Of a stretch of DNA of 64,000 nucleotides, positions 21,610 to 32,027 are shown piece after piece (the stretch's first letter is position 1; the number at the start of each line of letters is the position of its first letter). The stretch comes from an uncultured delta proteobacterium (GTDB lineage Bacteria > Desulfobacterota > Desulfobacteria > Desulfobacterales > Desulfatirhabdiaceae). Below the pieces are notes generated by a model. It was not told the DNA's origin and made no database searches. It worked only from the letters and a program-made list of their open reading frames with translations. Location of the stretch: NCBI GenBank assembly GCA_963789395.1, contig CAWBKP010000022.1, forward strand, positions 320,001-384,000, read 5' to 3'. A program made the translations under genes and the position numbers.

Positions 21610-22632
21610 ATGAAATTCGATGTCATTAAAAAAGAAACCGTCATGCTCGACCCCCAGAAGGATATGGCCGAGCGCCGAATCTCCAGTGAAATCCGAATTG
21701 ATCCCCTGACCGGCCGGACCGCCAGGATCTGCCACTTCATGAAGCTTCAATGGCAGAAGCCCGATTTCGATAAAATTGTCGCGGGAACCGACGCCTGGTG
21801 CCCGTTCTGCGCGGACAGGGTATTGAAGATTACGCCCTGCTTTCCCAAAGAGCTCATCCCGGAAGGACGTATGCAAAAAGACGACATGGTGATTTTCCCG
21901 AACATCGCTCCCTACGACAGCATCGGGGCAGTGGCGACGTTCGGCGCCCGCCACTTTATTCCCATGACGGCGTTTACGCCTGCGCACATGGCCGCTGCAT
22001 TCGGTTTTGCGCAGGATTTTTTCAGGCGCATCGAAAGCACCGGCCATCCGGAATCCGTGTACCACATCATCAACTGGAACTATATGCCGCCGGCTGGAAG
22101 CTCTCTCATCCATCCCCACCTTCAGGTCTTTTCCACATCATCGGCGCCCAATCTTCTGCGGCAGGAACTGGAAGCCTCGAAAAACTATCGGGACAGCCGC
22201 AACGCCAACTTCTGGGAGGATCTTGTAGCGGCCGAGAGGAATGCGGGAAAACGCTACCTTGGAAAGATCGGCCGCACACATTGGATGACGTCTTTTGCTC
22301 CCATGGGCGTTGCCGGAGACGTGCTGGCGGTTCTGGAAGATGCAAGGTGCATGCTGGATCTCAGCGGGCAGGATTTTTTTGACATCGCCTCCGGGCTTTC
22401 AAATGTCATTGCCGAATACGACAAGATGGGAATCTACAGCTTCAATATGAATTTTTTCACCGGCATGAAAACCGATGACCATTTCCGCTTTCACCTGCTC
22501 TTTTCGCCCCGCACATTCTTCAACCAGCAACTGGGGACACCGGATGTCGGTGCCCTGCGCAGCCTGTTCAATGAAACCGCGTGCATGGCTTTTCCGGAAG
22601 AAATTAATCAGATGCTGAAGAACGGTTTTTAG
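21610..22632 (+). CDS. GalT/HIT-family nucleotidyltransferase-like protein
   Basis: EIRIDPLTG, CPFC, FPNIAPY, GSSLIHPHLQ (HxHxQ); GGAGAGG RBS. Confidence 0.8.
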   Translation: MKFDVIKKETVMLDPQKDMAERRISSEIRIDPLTGRTARICHFMKLQWQKPDFDKIVAGTDAWCPFCADRVLKITPCFPKELIPEGRMQKDDMVIFPNIAPYDSIGAVATFGARHFIPMTAFTPAHMAAAFGFAQDFFRRIESTGHPESVYHIINWNYMPPAGSSLIHPHLQVFSTSSAPNLLRQELEASKNYRDSRNANFWEDLVAAERNAGKRYLGKIGRTHWMTSFAPMGVAGDVLAVLEDARCMLDLSGQDFFDIASGLSNVIAEYDKMGIYSFNMNFFTGMKTDDHFRFHLLFSPRTFFNQQLGTPDVGALRSLFNETACMAFPEEINQMLKNGF

Positions 22633-22652
22633 AACTCCGACAGGACCCTTTG

Positions 22653-23873
22653 ATGACGATAGCGCTCGACAATCTGAAAGAATCAAACGAATTCCTGAAT
22701 CTGGTTCTGGAAAACATCAATTCCGCAATTCTCATTGCGGACGAGAATATGCAGATTCACCAATTCAACAAAAGCTTTCTCAGTCTGTTCGATCGTGCCG
22801 CGGATCGGCTTTTCGAAAGTTCTTTCGGTCAGTTATCCGGATGCGTGAATGCGGTGAAGGAAAACAAATCCTGTGGCGGCACATCCAAATGCCGGTTCTG
22901 CGTGTTGAGAAAAACACTGCTTCAGACCCTGGTTGAGGATTACCCTGTGGATCGCAAGTCCATGGAGAGCGTTTTCTACATCAAAGGCAGCCCGGTTTTG
23001 AAAAATCTGGAGGTGACGTCACGGCTCATCCAGTTTCGTGGGCAGAAAATGATCCTGGTGATCATCTACGATGTCTCGCAGATCGAGGAGCAGAAAAGAA
23101 AGCTTGAAAAACAGCAGCAGCAGATCAACCATGAACTTGAAACAGCCGGGGAGATCCAGAAAAGCCTTCTTCCGGACAGCGATCTGGAAATAGACAACAT
23201 CGTGACTGCCTGGAGATTTGAACCCTGCGGCCATATCGGCGGCGATATTTTTCAAGTCCATAGAATCAGTGAAGAACAAATAGGCATCTACATGCTGGAC
23301 GTCTGCGGGCACGGCGTGTCGGCGGCCCTTATCGCGGTTACGGTTTCTCAGTTTCTGATGAGCCTGCACAACCGCATGCGCCTGACCGGCAAGGTATTCA
23401 GCCCCGAGGCCGTCATGAACCGTCTGGACAAGGAGTTCCCGATGGAGCGATTCGACTGCTTTTTCTCGATTGTCCATGCGATGCTGAATATTGAAACCGG
23501 CCGTTTGGTTTACAGCAATGCCGGACATATGCCGCCGTTGATCTTGAGCGCCGCGGGTCGTCTGGAACGTCTCGAAAACCATGGCACACCCATCGGCAGC
23601 GGATTCGGCGCCGTTTTCGGCCAGGAATACAGGCAGCTGAATGCCGGAGACCGGCTGCTTCTTTATACGGATGGGTTGATTGAAAATTTCGGGTTGGATG
23701 GCGAACGCAAAGGCAAAGACCGGTTTTACGCTTTCCTGGAGAAATCCCACCATCTGCCGACGAGGGATCTGGTGGACAACGCGTTTGAAACCGCCGACAG
23801 GCAAAGAGGCGGATCCATGCCTTCAGACGATATGAGCCTGATCGCCGTGGAATTTGCAAAAAACAGGGGTTGA
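22653..23873 (+). CDS. PAS-like sensor + SpoIIE/PP2C (RsbU-like) phosphatase
   Basis: AGEIQKSLLP, IGGDIF, LDVCGHGVSAAL, NAGHMPP, YTDGL, DDMSL. Confidence 0.9.
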   Translation: MTIALDNLKESNEFLNLVLENINSAILIADENMQIHQFNKSFLSLFDRAADRLFESSFGQLSGCVNAVKENKSCGGTSKCRFCVLRKTLLQTLVEDYPVDRKSMESVFYIKGSPVLKNLEVTSRLIQFRGQKMILVIIYDVSQIEEQKRKLEKQQQQINHELETAGEIQKSLLPDSDLEIDNIVTAWRFEPCGHIGGDIFQVHRISEEQIGIYMLDVCGHGVSAALIAVTVSQFLMSLHNRMRLTGKVFSPEAVMNRLDKEFPMERFDCFFSIVHAMLNIETGRLVYSNAGHMPPLILSAAGRLERLENHGTPIGSGFGAVFGQEYRQLNAGDRLLLYTDGLIENFGLDGERKGKDRFYAFLEKSHHLPTRDLVDNAFETADRQRGGSMPSDDMSLIAVEFAKNRG

Positions 23874-23921
23874 ACAAATGAAACGCCAGGAGATTGCCAC
23901 ACTGAATGAAAAGGAAAATGC

Positions 23922-25502
23922 ATGAAGAAAACGGTTTTGTTCGCACTTGTTCTTTTTCTTGTTGCCGGCAACAGCCTGTTTGCGGCAACGCCCCATGACA
24001 CCCTGGTCATGGCATCGAAACTGGACGACGTCATGACGCTGGATCCGGCGGAAATCTTTGAGTTTACCGGGGCTGAATTTGCAGCCAACATGTATGACCG
24101 CCTGATCGGATATGATGTGGAGGACGTGAGCAAAATCTATGGAGTTGTTGCGGAAAGCTGGGACATTTCCGAAGACGGCAGGACGTATTCCTTCAAGATC
24201 GTTGACAGCATGAAATTTGCGTCCGGCAACAAACTGACCGCGGATGATGTTGTGTTTTCGCTTCAGCGGGTCATCAAACTGAACAAGTCCCCTGCGTTTC
24301 TGCTGACGCAGTTCGGATTCACCCCGGCAAACATGAATGAAAAAATCATTAAAACAGGAGAGTATTCCCTCAAGGTAATCATCGAGAAACCCTATGCGCC
24401 GACGTTTTTCCTGAATTGCCTGACATCGGCGCCGGGTTCCATCGTGGACAAACAGGAGGTGTTGAAGCATGAGGAAAACGGCGATATGGGATATGGCTGG
24501 CTGAAATCCCATTCCGCCGGTTCAGGCCCCTTTGCATTGACGGCATGGAAACCGTCTGAAATTCTCATCATGGCCGCCAATGAAAATTTCTACGGCAAAA
24601 AACCGGCCATGAAGCGCATCATCGTCCGGCACATCTCGGAGTCCGCCACCCAGAGGCTCCTGCTCGAAAAAGGGGATGTGGACATGGCAAGGAATATCCA
24701 GCCGGATGATCTCAAGGGGCTTTCCGAAAATCCCAATATCCGGATCCGCAAAAAAGCTAAGGGCGCGATCTACTATCTGGGCCTGAACCAGAAAAACCAG
24801 TATCTGAAGATCCCCCAGGTCCGGCAGGCCCTGAAATACCTCATCGATTACGCGGGAATGGAATCCACTATCTTAAACGGCAAGGCCATGGTGCATCAGG
24901 CATTCATTCCCAAGGGATTCCTGGGCGCACTGGAAGAAACTCCTTTTTCATTGAATGTGGAAAAGGCAAAGGGGCTTCTCAAGGAAGCCGGTCTTGAAAA
25001 AGGCTTTTCCGTAACCATGGACACACGAAACACGGAACCCTCAGCATCGATGGCCCTGGCCATTCAGGCCACATTCGCCCTTGCAGATATCAAGCTGGAA
25101 ATTATTCCCGGTGAAGGTAAACAAGTCATTACCAAATACCGTGAAAGGGCCCACGACATTTTTATCGGCCGCTGGGGGCCGGATTACATGGATCCCCACA
25201 CCAACGCGGATACTTTTGCCAGTAACCCGGACAATTCGGATGCCGGACTGTCCAAAACCATGGCCTGGCGAAATGCCTGGGACATTCCCGAAATGACCCG
25301 TAAAGTGGATGCGGCGGTTCTGGAAAAAGACAGCAAAAAGAGAGCCCGGATGTATCTTGACATTCAAAAGGAGCATCAGAGAAGCGCCCCCTTTGTCTTC
25401 ATGTTCCAGGAGATCGAAATCCTGGCCGAGAGATCCAATGTGAATGGATTTATTCTGGGGCCAAGTTTCGACAGCAATTTTTATCGGTTTATCACCAAAT
25501 AA
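23922..25502 (+). CDS. ABC peptide/dipeptide transporter substrate-binding protein (family 5)
   Basis: Signal peptide; LDPA, AESWDISEDGRTYSF, GSGPF, WGPDY. Confidence 0.92.
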   Translation: MKKTVLFALVLFLVAGNSLFAATPHDTLVMASKLDDVMTLDPAEIFEFTGAEFAANMYDRLIGYDVEDVSKIYGVVAESWDISEDGRTYSFKIVDSMKFASGNKLTADDVVFSLQRVIKLNKSPAFLLTQFGFTPANMNEKIIKTGEYSLKVIIEKPYAPTFFLNCLTSAPGSIVDKQEVLKHEENGDMGYGWLKSHSAGSGPFALTAWKPSEILIMAANENFYGKKPAMKRIIVRHISESATQRLLLEKGDVDMARNIQPDDLKGLSENPNIRIRKKAKGAIYYLGLNQKNQYLKIPQVRQALKYLIDYAGMESTILNGKAMVHQAFIPKGFLGALEETPFSLNVEKAKGLLKEAGLEKGFSVTMDTRNTEPSASMALAIQATFALADIKLEIIPGEGKQVITKYRERAHDIFIGRWGPDYMDPHTNADTFASNPDNSDAGLSKTMAWRNAWDIPEMTRKVDAAVLEKDSKKRARMYLDIQKEHQRSAPFVFMFQEIEILAERSNVNGFILGPSFDSNFYRFITK

Positions 25503-25513
25503 GAGCAGGCAGC

Positions 25514-25590
25514 GCCTGAACGGAATAAACGTACAGACAAAATTCGAAATTCGAATATCGAAATCCGAAACAAATTCTAAATTTCGAATG
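25514..25590. repeat. Hairpin + AAATTCG-heptamer repeat (family A), decayed hairpin
   Basis: GCCTGAACG...CGTACAGAC followed by AAAATTCGAAATTCGAATATCGAAATCCGAAACAAATTCTAAATTTCGAATG. Confidence 0.8.
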
Positions 25591-25658
25591 CTATAGATAT
25601 CTTCCCCGTCTGGCAAAGGGAATAACCCGTTTCCACGGTAAAAATCCTAAATGAATCG

Positions 25659-26699
25659 ATGGATAATTTTATTGATCACAGACAGCTCTCAAAAGTCGTG
25701 AATCGGGCTGCCGGACTGGTTGCCATGGTCGGCATGACGTTTCTCGGGCTTCTTCTGGTCACGTTTCTGATCGGCCGGGTTGTACCCATTGATCCGGTTC
25801 TGGCTGTGGTGGGGGACAAAGCCTCCGCGGAAGTTTATCAAAGGGTGCGTCTGGAACTGGGGTTGAATCTGCCGCTTTGGGAGCAGTTTTTTCTTTATAT
25901 CAAGGCGGTGCTGGCCGGGGATTTCGGCATTTCCGTGCTCACCGCCAGACCCGTTCTGGAAGATATCGCGCGGGTATTTCCGGCCACCATGGAACTTGCC
26001 GTGATCGCGACCTTGATCGGTGTTTTTTCGGGGATTCCTCTGGGGATTTTTTCCGCTGTAAGACAAGGAAGCCTGCTGGATCACTTCGCCCGGATAACGG
26101 GCCTGTTCGGGTATTCCCTGCCGATTTTCTGGCTGGGACTGATGGGGCTCATGGTGTTTTATGCGCACCTGAGCCTTCTGCCCGGACCCGGCAGGGTGGA
26201 TGTTTTTTACGAGAACATGGTCGATCCGGTGACCGGATTGCTGCTGATCGACTGCATCCTTGCCGGGGAGTGGGAGATCTTCCGCAATGCGCTGTCCCAC
26301 ATCATCCTTCCGGCAGCCCTTCTGGGGTATTACAGCATGGCATACCTGAGCCGGATGACCCGCTCGTTCATGATCGAGCAGTTGCGCCAGGAATACATTC
26401 TGACCGCAAGGGTCAAGGGGATTGCCGAATGGCGGGTCATCTGGGGGCATGCGCTCGGAAATTGCAGGATTCCGCTGATTACGGTCATCGCCTTGAGCTT
26501 TGGCAGCCTTCTTGAAGGCTCCGTTCTGACCGAAACCGTGTTTTCATGGCCCGGGCTCGGGCGGTATCTGACCAATTCGCTCCTGAATGCCGACATGAAC
26601 GCTGTGCTCGGCGGCACCCTGGTTGTAGGGTCGATTTTTCTGGGAATCAATCTCTTCTCCGATTTTCTGTATCAATTTCTGGATCCAAGGGCGAGATAG
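25659..26699 (+). CDS. ABC peptide transporter permease (DppB-like)
   Basis: GDFGIS, FPATMELA, TARVKG (EAA-like), ETVFSWPGLG, DPR. Confidence 0.92.
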   Translation: MDNFIDHRQLSKVVNRAAGLVAMVGMTFLGLLLVTFLIGRVVPIDPVLAVVGDKASAEVYQRVRLELGLNLPLWEQFFLYIKAVLAGDFGISVLTARPVLEDIARVFPATMELAVIATLIGVFSGIPLGIFSAVRQGSLLDHFARITGLFGYSLPIFWLGLMGLMVFYAHLSLLPGPGRVDVFYENMVDPVTGLLLIDCILAGEWEIFRNALSHIILPAALLGYYSMAYLSRMTRSFMIEQLRQEYILTARVKGIAEWRVIWGHALGNCRIPLITVIALSFGSLLEGSVLTETVFSWPGLGRYLTNSLLNADMNAVLGGTLVVGSIFLGINLFSDFLYQFLDPRAR

Positions 26700-26718
26700 C
26701 GTATCAAAAGCTGCAACC

Positions 26719-27642
26719 ATGACGGACATAACGGATACGGATAAAATCAAATTCAGAGATTGGCTGCTTTCCGATGCGCCCGGATCGGCCTTTCAGGCAC
26801 GGGCCGGACGCATCTATTCGGGGTGTCTGGAGTTTTTCAATAACAGACCGGCGGTTTTAGGGCTATCGATCATTCTAGTCTTGATGCTTGTCGCCATCTT
26901 TGCTCCGTTTATTGCGCCTTTTGATCCGATTCTTACCGATCTGGGAAACAGACTTCAGCCGATGTCCGCGAATCATTTTTTCGGAACCGATGAAGTGGGA
27001 CGGGATATTTTCAGCCGGATAATTTTTGGATCCAGACTGACCCTGTACGTGGTCGGGCTGGTTGCCGTTATCGCCCCGCCGGTGGGTCTTGCCATCGGCA
27101 CGATATCGGGCTATCTGGGAGGGAAAATCGATACGCTCCTGATGCGGATAACCGATATTTTTCTGGCGTTTCCCAAACTGATTCTCGCCCTTGCCTTGGT
27201 TGCGGCCCTGGGACCCGGCATTGAAAACGCGGTAATCGCCATTGCCGTCACCGCCTGGCCCGCCTACGCCAGAATCGCCAGGGCGGAAACCCTCACCATC
27301 CGCAATTCGGATTTCATTCATGCCGTCAAACTTCAGGGTGCAGGACCCATCCGAATCATCACGGGCCATATCATGCCCCTTTGCCTGTCTTCGCTCGTAG
27401 TCCGGGTGACGCTGGACATGGCGGGCATTATCCTGACCGCCGCGGGCCTCGGGTTTCTGGGCCTGGGCGCCCAGCCGCCGTCGCCGGAATGGGGCGCCAT
27501 GACATCCAGCGGCCGCGCCTATATTCTGGATTACTGGTGGCTGATCACCATGCCGGGCACTGCGATATTTATCGTCAGCCTGGCTTTCAACCTGCTGGGA
27601 GACGGATTGCGGGAAGTTCTGGATCCCAGAAAAGTGAATTGA
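26719..27642 (+). CDS. ABC peptide transporter permease (DppC-like)
   Basis: HFFGTDEVGRDIFSR, LGFLGLGAQPPSPEWG, LLGDGLREVLDPR. Confidence 0.92.
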   Translation: MTDITDTDKIKFRDWLLSDAPGSAFQARAGRIYSGCLEFFNNRPAVLGLSIILVLMLVAIFAPFIAPFDPILTDLGNRLQPMSANHFFGTDEVGRDIFSRIIFGSRLTLYVVGLVAVIAPPVGLAIGTISGYLGGKIDTLLMRITDIFLAFPKLILALALVAALGPGIENAVIAIAVTAWPAYARIARAETLTIRNSDFIHAVKLQGAGPIRIITGHIMPLCLSSLVVRVTLDMAGIILTAAGLGFLGLGAQPPSPEWGAMTSSGRAYILDYWWLITMPGTAIFIVSLAFNLLGDGLREVLDPRKVN

Positions 27643-27644
27643 CC

Positions 27645-28499
27645 ATGGGTGCCGACCCGCTTCTTCACATCAAAAACCTGAACATCGTCTTTCCTGGCAC
27701 CAAAGGGGAGTTTCATGCAGTCAAGGAGCTTTCCTTTTGCATGGGAAAAGAAAAGATCGGTATTGTCGGGGAATCCGGGTCCGGAAAGACGGTGACGGGC
27801 AGGGCCATCTTAAAACTCCTGCCCGCATCTGCAAAAATCGCTGCAGATGCCATGAATTTCAACGGGCAGGACATTTTAAGCAACAGCGAAAAAGAGATGC
27901 GGGGGATCCGGGGAAGGGGAATCGCCATGGTCATGCAGGATCCCCGGTATTCCCTGAACCCGGTCCGGACCGTGGGCAGGCAGATCACTGAATCGTATCT
28001 GACGCACAGAAACGTATCCAAAAAAGAAGCCGTGCGGCGCACACTGGAAATGCTGGAGGCTGTCCGGATCAGAAACCCTGAACGGGTGTACGGTCTCTAT
28101 CCCCATGAAGTTTCAGGCGGCATGGGCCAGCGGATCATGATCGCGATGATGCTGATCCCGGAGCCCGCCCTGCTGATTGCGGATGAACCCACATCGGCGC
28201 TGGATGTGACCGTACAGCTCCAGGTTCTGGCGATCCTGGATGACCTGGTGACCCGGCGGGGCATGGGGCTGATTTTTATCAGCCATGATCTGGAGCTGGT
28301 ATCTTCTTTTTGCGACCGGGTGATCATCATGTATGCCGGAAGGATCATGGAGATCTGCGATGCAAAGGATCTTCATCACTCCCGGCATCCCTATACCCGT
28401 GGATTGTTGAACTGCCTGCCGAAAATCGCCGGCAACCCGGAACTGCTGCCGACACTGAAACGGGATGATTCCTGGCTGAAGGCGTCTTTGTCATGCTGA
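27645..28499 (+). CDS. ABC peptide transporter ATPase (DppD-like)
   Basis: [33 protein letters not shown]. Confidence 0.92.
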   Translation: MGADPLLHIKNLNIVFPGTKGEFHAVKELSFCMGKEKIGIVGESGSGKTVTGRAILKLLPASAKIAADAMNFNGQDILSNSEKEMRGIRGRGIAMVMQDPRYSLNPVRTVGRQITESYLTHRNVSKKEAVRRTLEMLEAVRIRNPERVYGLYPHEVSGGMGQRIMIAMMLIPEPALLIADEPTSALDVTVQLQVLAILDDLVTRRGMGLIFISHDLELVSSFCDRVIIMYAGRIMEICDAKDLHHSRHPYTRGLLNCLPKIAGNPELLPTLKRDDSWLKASLSC

Positions 28500-28518
28500 A
28501 AAATCACCGGAAAATTCC

Positions 28519-29266
28519 ATGCTGAAACTATCCAATCTCAACGTGGTGTTTGGAACCGGTGGTGCCCGAAACCACGCAGTCAAAGATGTTTCCCTTGAAA
28601 TTGAAAAAGGGAAAAGCTTCGGGCTTATCGGTGAATCCGGGTGCGGAAAATCAACTGTCCTGAACTGCATCACCGGGCTTCTGGGATCCTGGACCGGCGA
28701 GATGCGGATCGATGGCAGGTCGCAGCAGATCAGGCGGGAGTTGTCTTTTTACAGAAAACTTCAGATGGTATTCCAGGATCCGTATCGGATCGCTGCATCC
28801 CAGGCATACCATCGACCGGACATTAACGGAGCCGGTGGCCATTCACGGACTGGGCGATGCCGGCCAGCGCGTTGAAAAAGTTCTGGATGAGGTGGGCCTG
28901 GACAACCGTTTCCGGTTCAGATATCCCCACCAGCTCTCCGGGGGCCAGCGGCAACGGGTCGCCATTGCCAGGGCCCTTATACTTGAACCTGAAATCCTCC
29001 TGCTGGATGAACCCACATCGGCCCTGGATGTTTCCATTCAGGCTGAAATTCTGAATCTGCTCAAGAATATCCAGAAAAAACGGACCCTGACCTATCTTCT
29101 GGTGAGCCACAATCTGGCGGTGGTTTCCCATATGTGCAGCGAAATTGCGGTCATGAATCAGGGCGCCATTGTTGAATATCTTACCCGGAAACAGCTCAGG
29201 GAAGGGGATATCCGGCACCCTTACACCCAGGAACTGATGGCGGCAAGCCGGGGATTCAGCCGGTGA
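28519..29266 (+). CDS. ABC peptide transporter ATPase (DppF-like); single apparent frameshift near 28785
   Basis: GESGCGKS and QMVFQDPY in one frame; [22 protein letters not shown] in the next. Confidence 0.88.
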
Positions 29267-29780
29267 TAGTTGCCGGTGGAACAATCAGCACGGGAATCTT
29301 GGTTTGATTCAGAATGCCTTTTATAACGCCACCGACCGCTGTTTTGCTCAATAAGCCTTTATGCGAACCCATCACGATGAGATCGCAATTGTTTTCTGCA
29401 GCCACGGCAAGGATCACATCGATGACATTGCCCTCCTTTACCAGGATGTCATTATTTTCAAAGGTAATTTCGGCAGCCGTGTTGTTCGTGAAAACGGAAT
29501 AGCTTGCCAGTGCGTTTCGAATGACATCAAAGGACTTTCTCTTGCCGATGATCGCATCTCTTGCCGAAAGCTTATGTTCTTCCTGCATCTGCTGCCATCT
29601 TTCTTCGCCGAACAGATTCGCGACGTGCTTATTGACACTGCTGGTGGATCCTTCCATGACATGGAGCATGATGATGCCGGCTCGATGCAGGGTTGCCACA
29701 GCGGCCGCATAGGTGAATGCATGCTTGGAGTCCTGGCTGAGGTCAGTGGTAAAGAGAATTTTCTTGATGATGGGAATCAT
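29256..29780 (-). CDS. Universal stress protein
   Basis: KKILFTTDLS, DLIVMGSH, IPVLIVP. Confidence 0.92.
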   Translation of the reverse strand: MIPIIKKILFTTDLSQDSKHAFTYAAAVATLHRAGIIMLHVMEGSTSSVNKHVANLFGEERWQQMQEEHKLSARDAIIGKRKSFDVIRNALASYSVFTNNTAAEITFENNDILVKEGNVIDVILAVAAENNCDLIVMGSHKGLLSKTAVGGVIKGILNQTKIPVLIVPPATITG

Positions 29781-30191
29781 GGGGATACTCCTTTATCTGA
29801 TATCTGAAAGTTTATAAGTTGAGCTTCCAACTTTTAGGGCAACAGGCACAATTCGTAAATGAGGTTAACTTATTTTAAATCATATATGAATTAATTTGAA
29901 GAGCCCGATCTTTTGACAGGTAGTGAATTTTTGAAATAACACAACAATATCAAAAGGAAATGGCTCGAACGATTCATAGCAGTATCGATCCCCAAACACA
30001 AGCAGACATTTGCTTCCCAGGTAAAATCAACGTTATGTATCAACCGATTCAACGGTGCTTCTACGGTTACAGCGGGCGTCGGATGGATCTGATGATGGCT
30101 GTCTGCCGGAATTTAAAGAAGTGTTGCGGTCGCGCCAGCATCCAGGCCGGCACGATCGTAACCCCGAAAGCAGGCTTAAGTTCCATTCAGG

Positions 30192-31484
30192 TTATGCCGG
30201 TCCCAGAAGCAGGTTGGGGACGACTGTGGACAACCACGGGACAAAGGCCAGGATGAACAGGGCCACGATGTAGATGATCAAAGAAGGGTAAATGGCTCTG
30301 ACAATCGTGACGAATTCAAGCCGGGTGATGGCCTGGGCCGTGTAAAGAAGGAGCCCCAGCGGCGGCGTGATGTACCCGATGCCGAGTCCCACGGTGAAAA
30401 GAAGGCAGTAGTGGATGGGGTCGATGCCCAGATGATGGGCGATGGGCATCATGATGGGAACCAGAATCATGATGGCTCCGATCTGGTCCATGAAGGTTCC
30501 GATGATCAGCAGCACCACGCAGGTAAAGACCAGAAACACCCAGGCATTGGGAATATAGGCCATGGAGAGCTCCAGAATCTTCTGAGGAATCTCCCGGAGA
30601 ATGATATACTCGGAAATGACGCCAGCGCCGGAAACGGTGATGACCAGGGCCCCGCTGACGATGCCCGATGAAATCAACAGCTCTTTAAGATCCTTCAGGC
30701 TCACCGCCCGATAGATGAGCATCTCCACAATCAGGATCAGAACACAGGAGACCACCGATGCCTCGGTGATGGTAAACGCTCCCGAATAGATACCGCCGAA
30801 AAGTACAGCGATGATAACCACCGCAAAAAATGCATTTTTGCCTGCGGTGAGAAGCCCTTTGAGATCAAATCGCTCAAGGGCCTCCTTGCCCAGGCCTTTG
30901 CGGCGGGATTCCCAGTAAGCGTAAAGAGAAAGCATGACCATGATGATCATGCCCGGCAGATATCCGGCGGCGAAAAGCCGCACCACGGATTCGCCGGCCG
31001 TAAGGGCACAGACGATCATGATGATGCTGGGGGGAATGATAATTCCCAGGATGGACGCCGCAGTGACGAGCCCCACCGAGAAGTCCTTGGGATATCGGTA
31101 CTTGTCCATATGGGGGAACATGACGCCGCCGATGGTGACTACGGTGGAGATGGCCGAACCGCTGATGGCGCCGAAAACCCCTGATGAAATGACGGCTGTA
31201 ATGCCCAATCCGCCGGGCAGCCAGGAGACGAATTTCCAGGCAAACTGCACCAGTCGCGTGGCGGACTGCCCCCGTACCATGACCGCACCCATCAGAATGA
31301 AAAAGGGAATGCTGAGCAGCGAGAAATTGTCCAGCTTTTGCAGCATGGTCTGCGCCACGAAGGTCATATCCATGCTGGTAAAAATCAACAGCCCCAGCAC
31401 CCCGGTCAGATAGAGGCAGATATAAATGGGGATACGGAGCAGCAGCAACCCGAACAGGATAAGCAGGATAATGATGGATTCCAT
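30192..31484 (-). CDS. dctM: TRAP transporter large permease
   Basis: SIPFFILMG, FGAISGS, IIIPPSI, GIDPIH, ITPPLG. Confidence 0.92.
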   Translation of the reverse strand: MESIIILLILFGLLLLRIPIYICLYLTGVLGLLIFTSMDMTFVAQTMLQKLDNFSLLSIPFFILMGAVMVRGQSATRLVQFAWKFVSWLPGGLGITAVISSGVFGAISGSAISTVVTIGGVMFPHMDKYRYPKDFSVGLVTAASILGIIIPPSIIMIVCALTAGESVVRLFAAGYLPGMIIMVMLSLYAYWESRRKGLGKEALERFDLKGLLTAGKNAFFAVVIIAVLFGGIYSGAFTITEASVVSCVLILIVEMLIYRAVSLKDLKELLISSGIVSGALVITVSGAGVISEYIILREIPQKILELSMAYIPNAWVFLVFTCVVLLIIGTFMDQIGAIMILVPIMMPIAHHLGIDPIHYCLLFTVGLGIGYITPPLGLLLYTAQAITRLEFVTIVRAIYPSLIIYIVALFILAFVPWLSTVVPNLLLGPA

Positions 31485-31487
31485 GAC

Positions 31488-31970
31488 CTATTGACCTTTC
31501 AGACGGGATTCAAGTATCAGTTGGCGAAGACCTTCCACAGAGCGGATCCCCATGATGAGCCCGAAAAAGGGGAGCATGGACGCGATAAGGTACGTTGGAA
31601 TGAGAAGAATCGGGGTGACGGTTGCCATATCCTTCTCGATCAATACGAATTTCCAGCCCAAATAGACAAATGAGACGCACACCCCCAGCCGGACGAGGTG
31701 CAGCAGAACATCCAGATGGAACCGCCACTGGGGGAAGACTCCGTAAATGGCGTCCACCTTTAGTTCCATGTTGTTTTTGACCGAGGCGCTGGCCCCCAGA
31801 AAGGTCATGAACATAAACAGATAGGTGGTCAGCGTATCCGGCCACGTCAACGGCCGCTGAAACACATAGCGGGTGGTGATGCTGATGGTCAGCGCAATAA
31901 GGCTGATGGAGAAGCTGATCAGAATGCCCCAACGTTCCAGGTAATCCACAATGGTGATAATCGTTTTCAT
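31488..31970 (-). CDS. dctQ: TRAP transporter small permease
   Basis: Four TM helices, RYVF..PLTWPD; lies between dctP and dctM. Confidence 0.88.
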   Translation of the reverse strand: MKTIITIVDYLERWGILISFSISLIALTISITTRYVFQRPLTWPDTLTTYLFMFMTFLGASASVKNNMELKVDAIYGVFPQWRFHLDVLLHLVRLGVCVSFVYLGWKFVLIEKDMATVTPILLIPTYLIASMLPFFGLIMGIRSVEGLRQLILESRLKGQ

Positions 31971-31980
31971 GACAGGCTCC

Positions 31981-32011
31981 CGGCGCCGTCCGCGGAACGC
32001 GGGCGGCGCTG
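31981..32011 (-). other. GC-rich stem-loop between dctP and dctQ (possible mRNA-stabilising hairpin)
   Basis: CGGCGCCGTCCGCG-GAA-CGCGGGCGGCGCTG, with no U-tract. Confidence 0.55.
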
Positions 32012-32027
32012 TTATATGGTGGGGTGT

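Noticed and set aside
25514..25590. CRISPR array interpretation of the heptamer repeats
   Set aside because: No repeat-spacer periodicity and no cas genes.
29960..30256. Small ORFs between usp and dctM, and at 8803-9505 and 62590-63020
   Set aside because: No motifs or RBS; they overlap AT-rich regulatory DNA or real genes.
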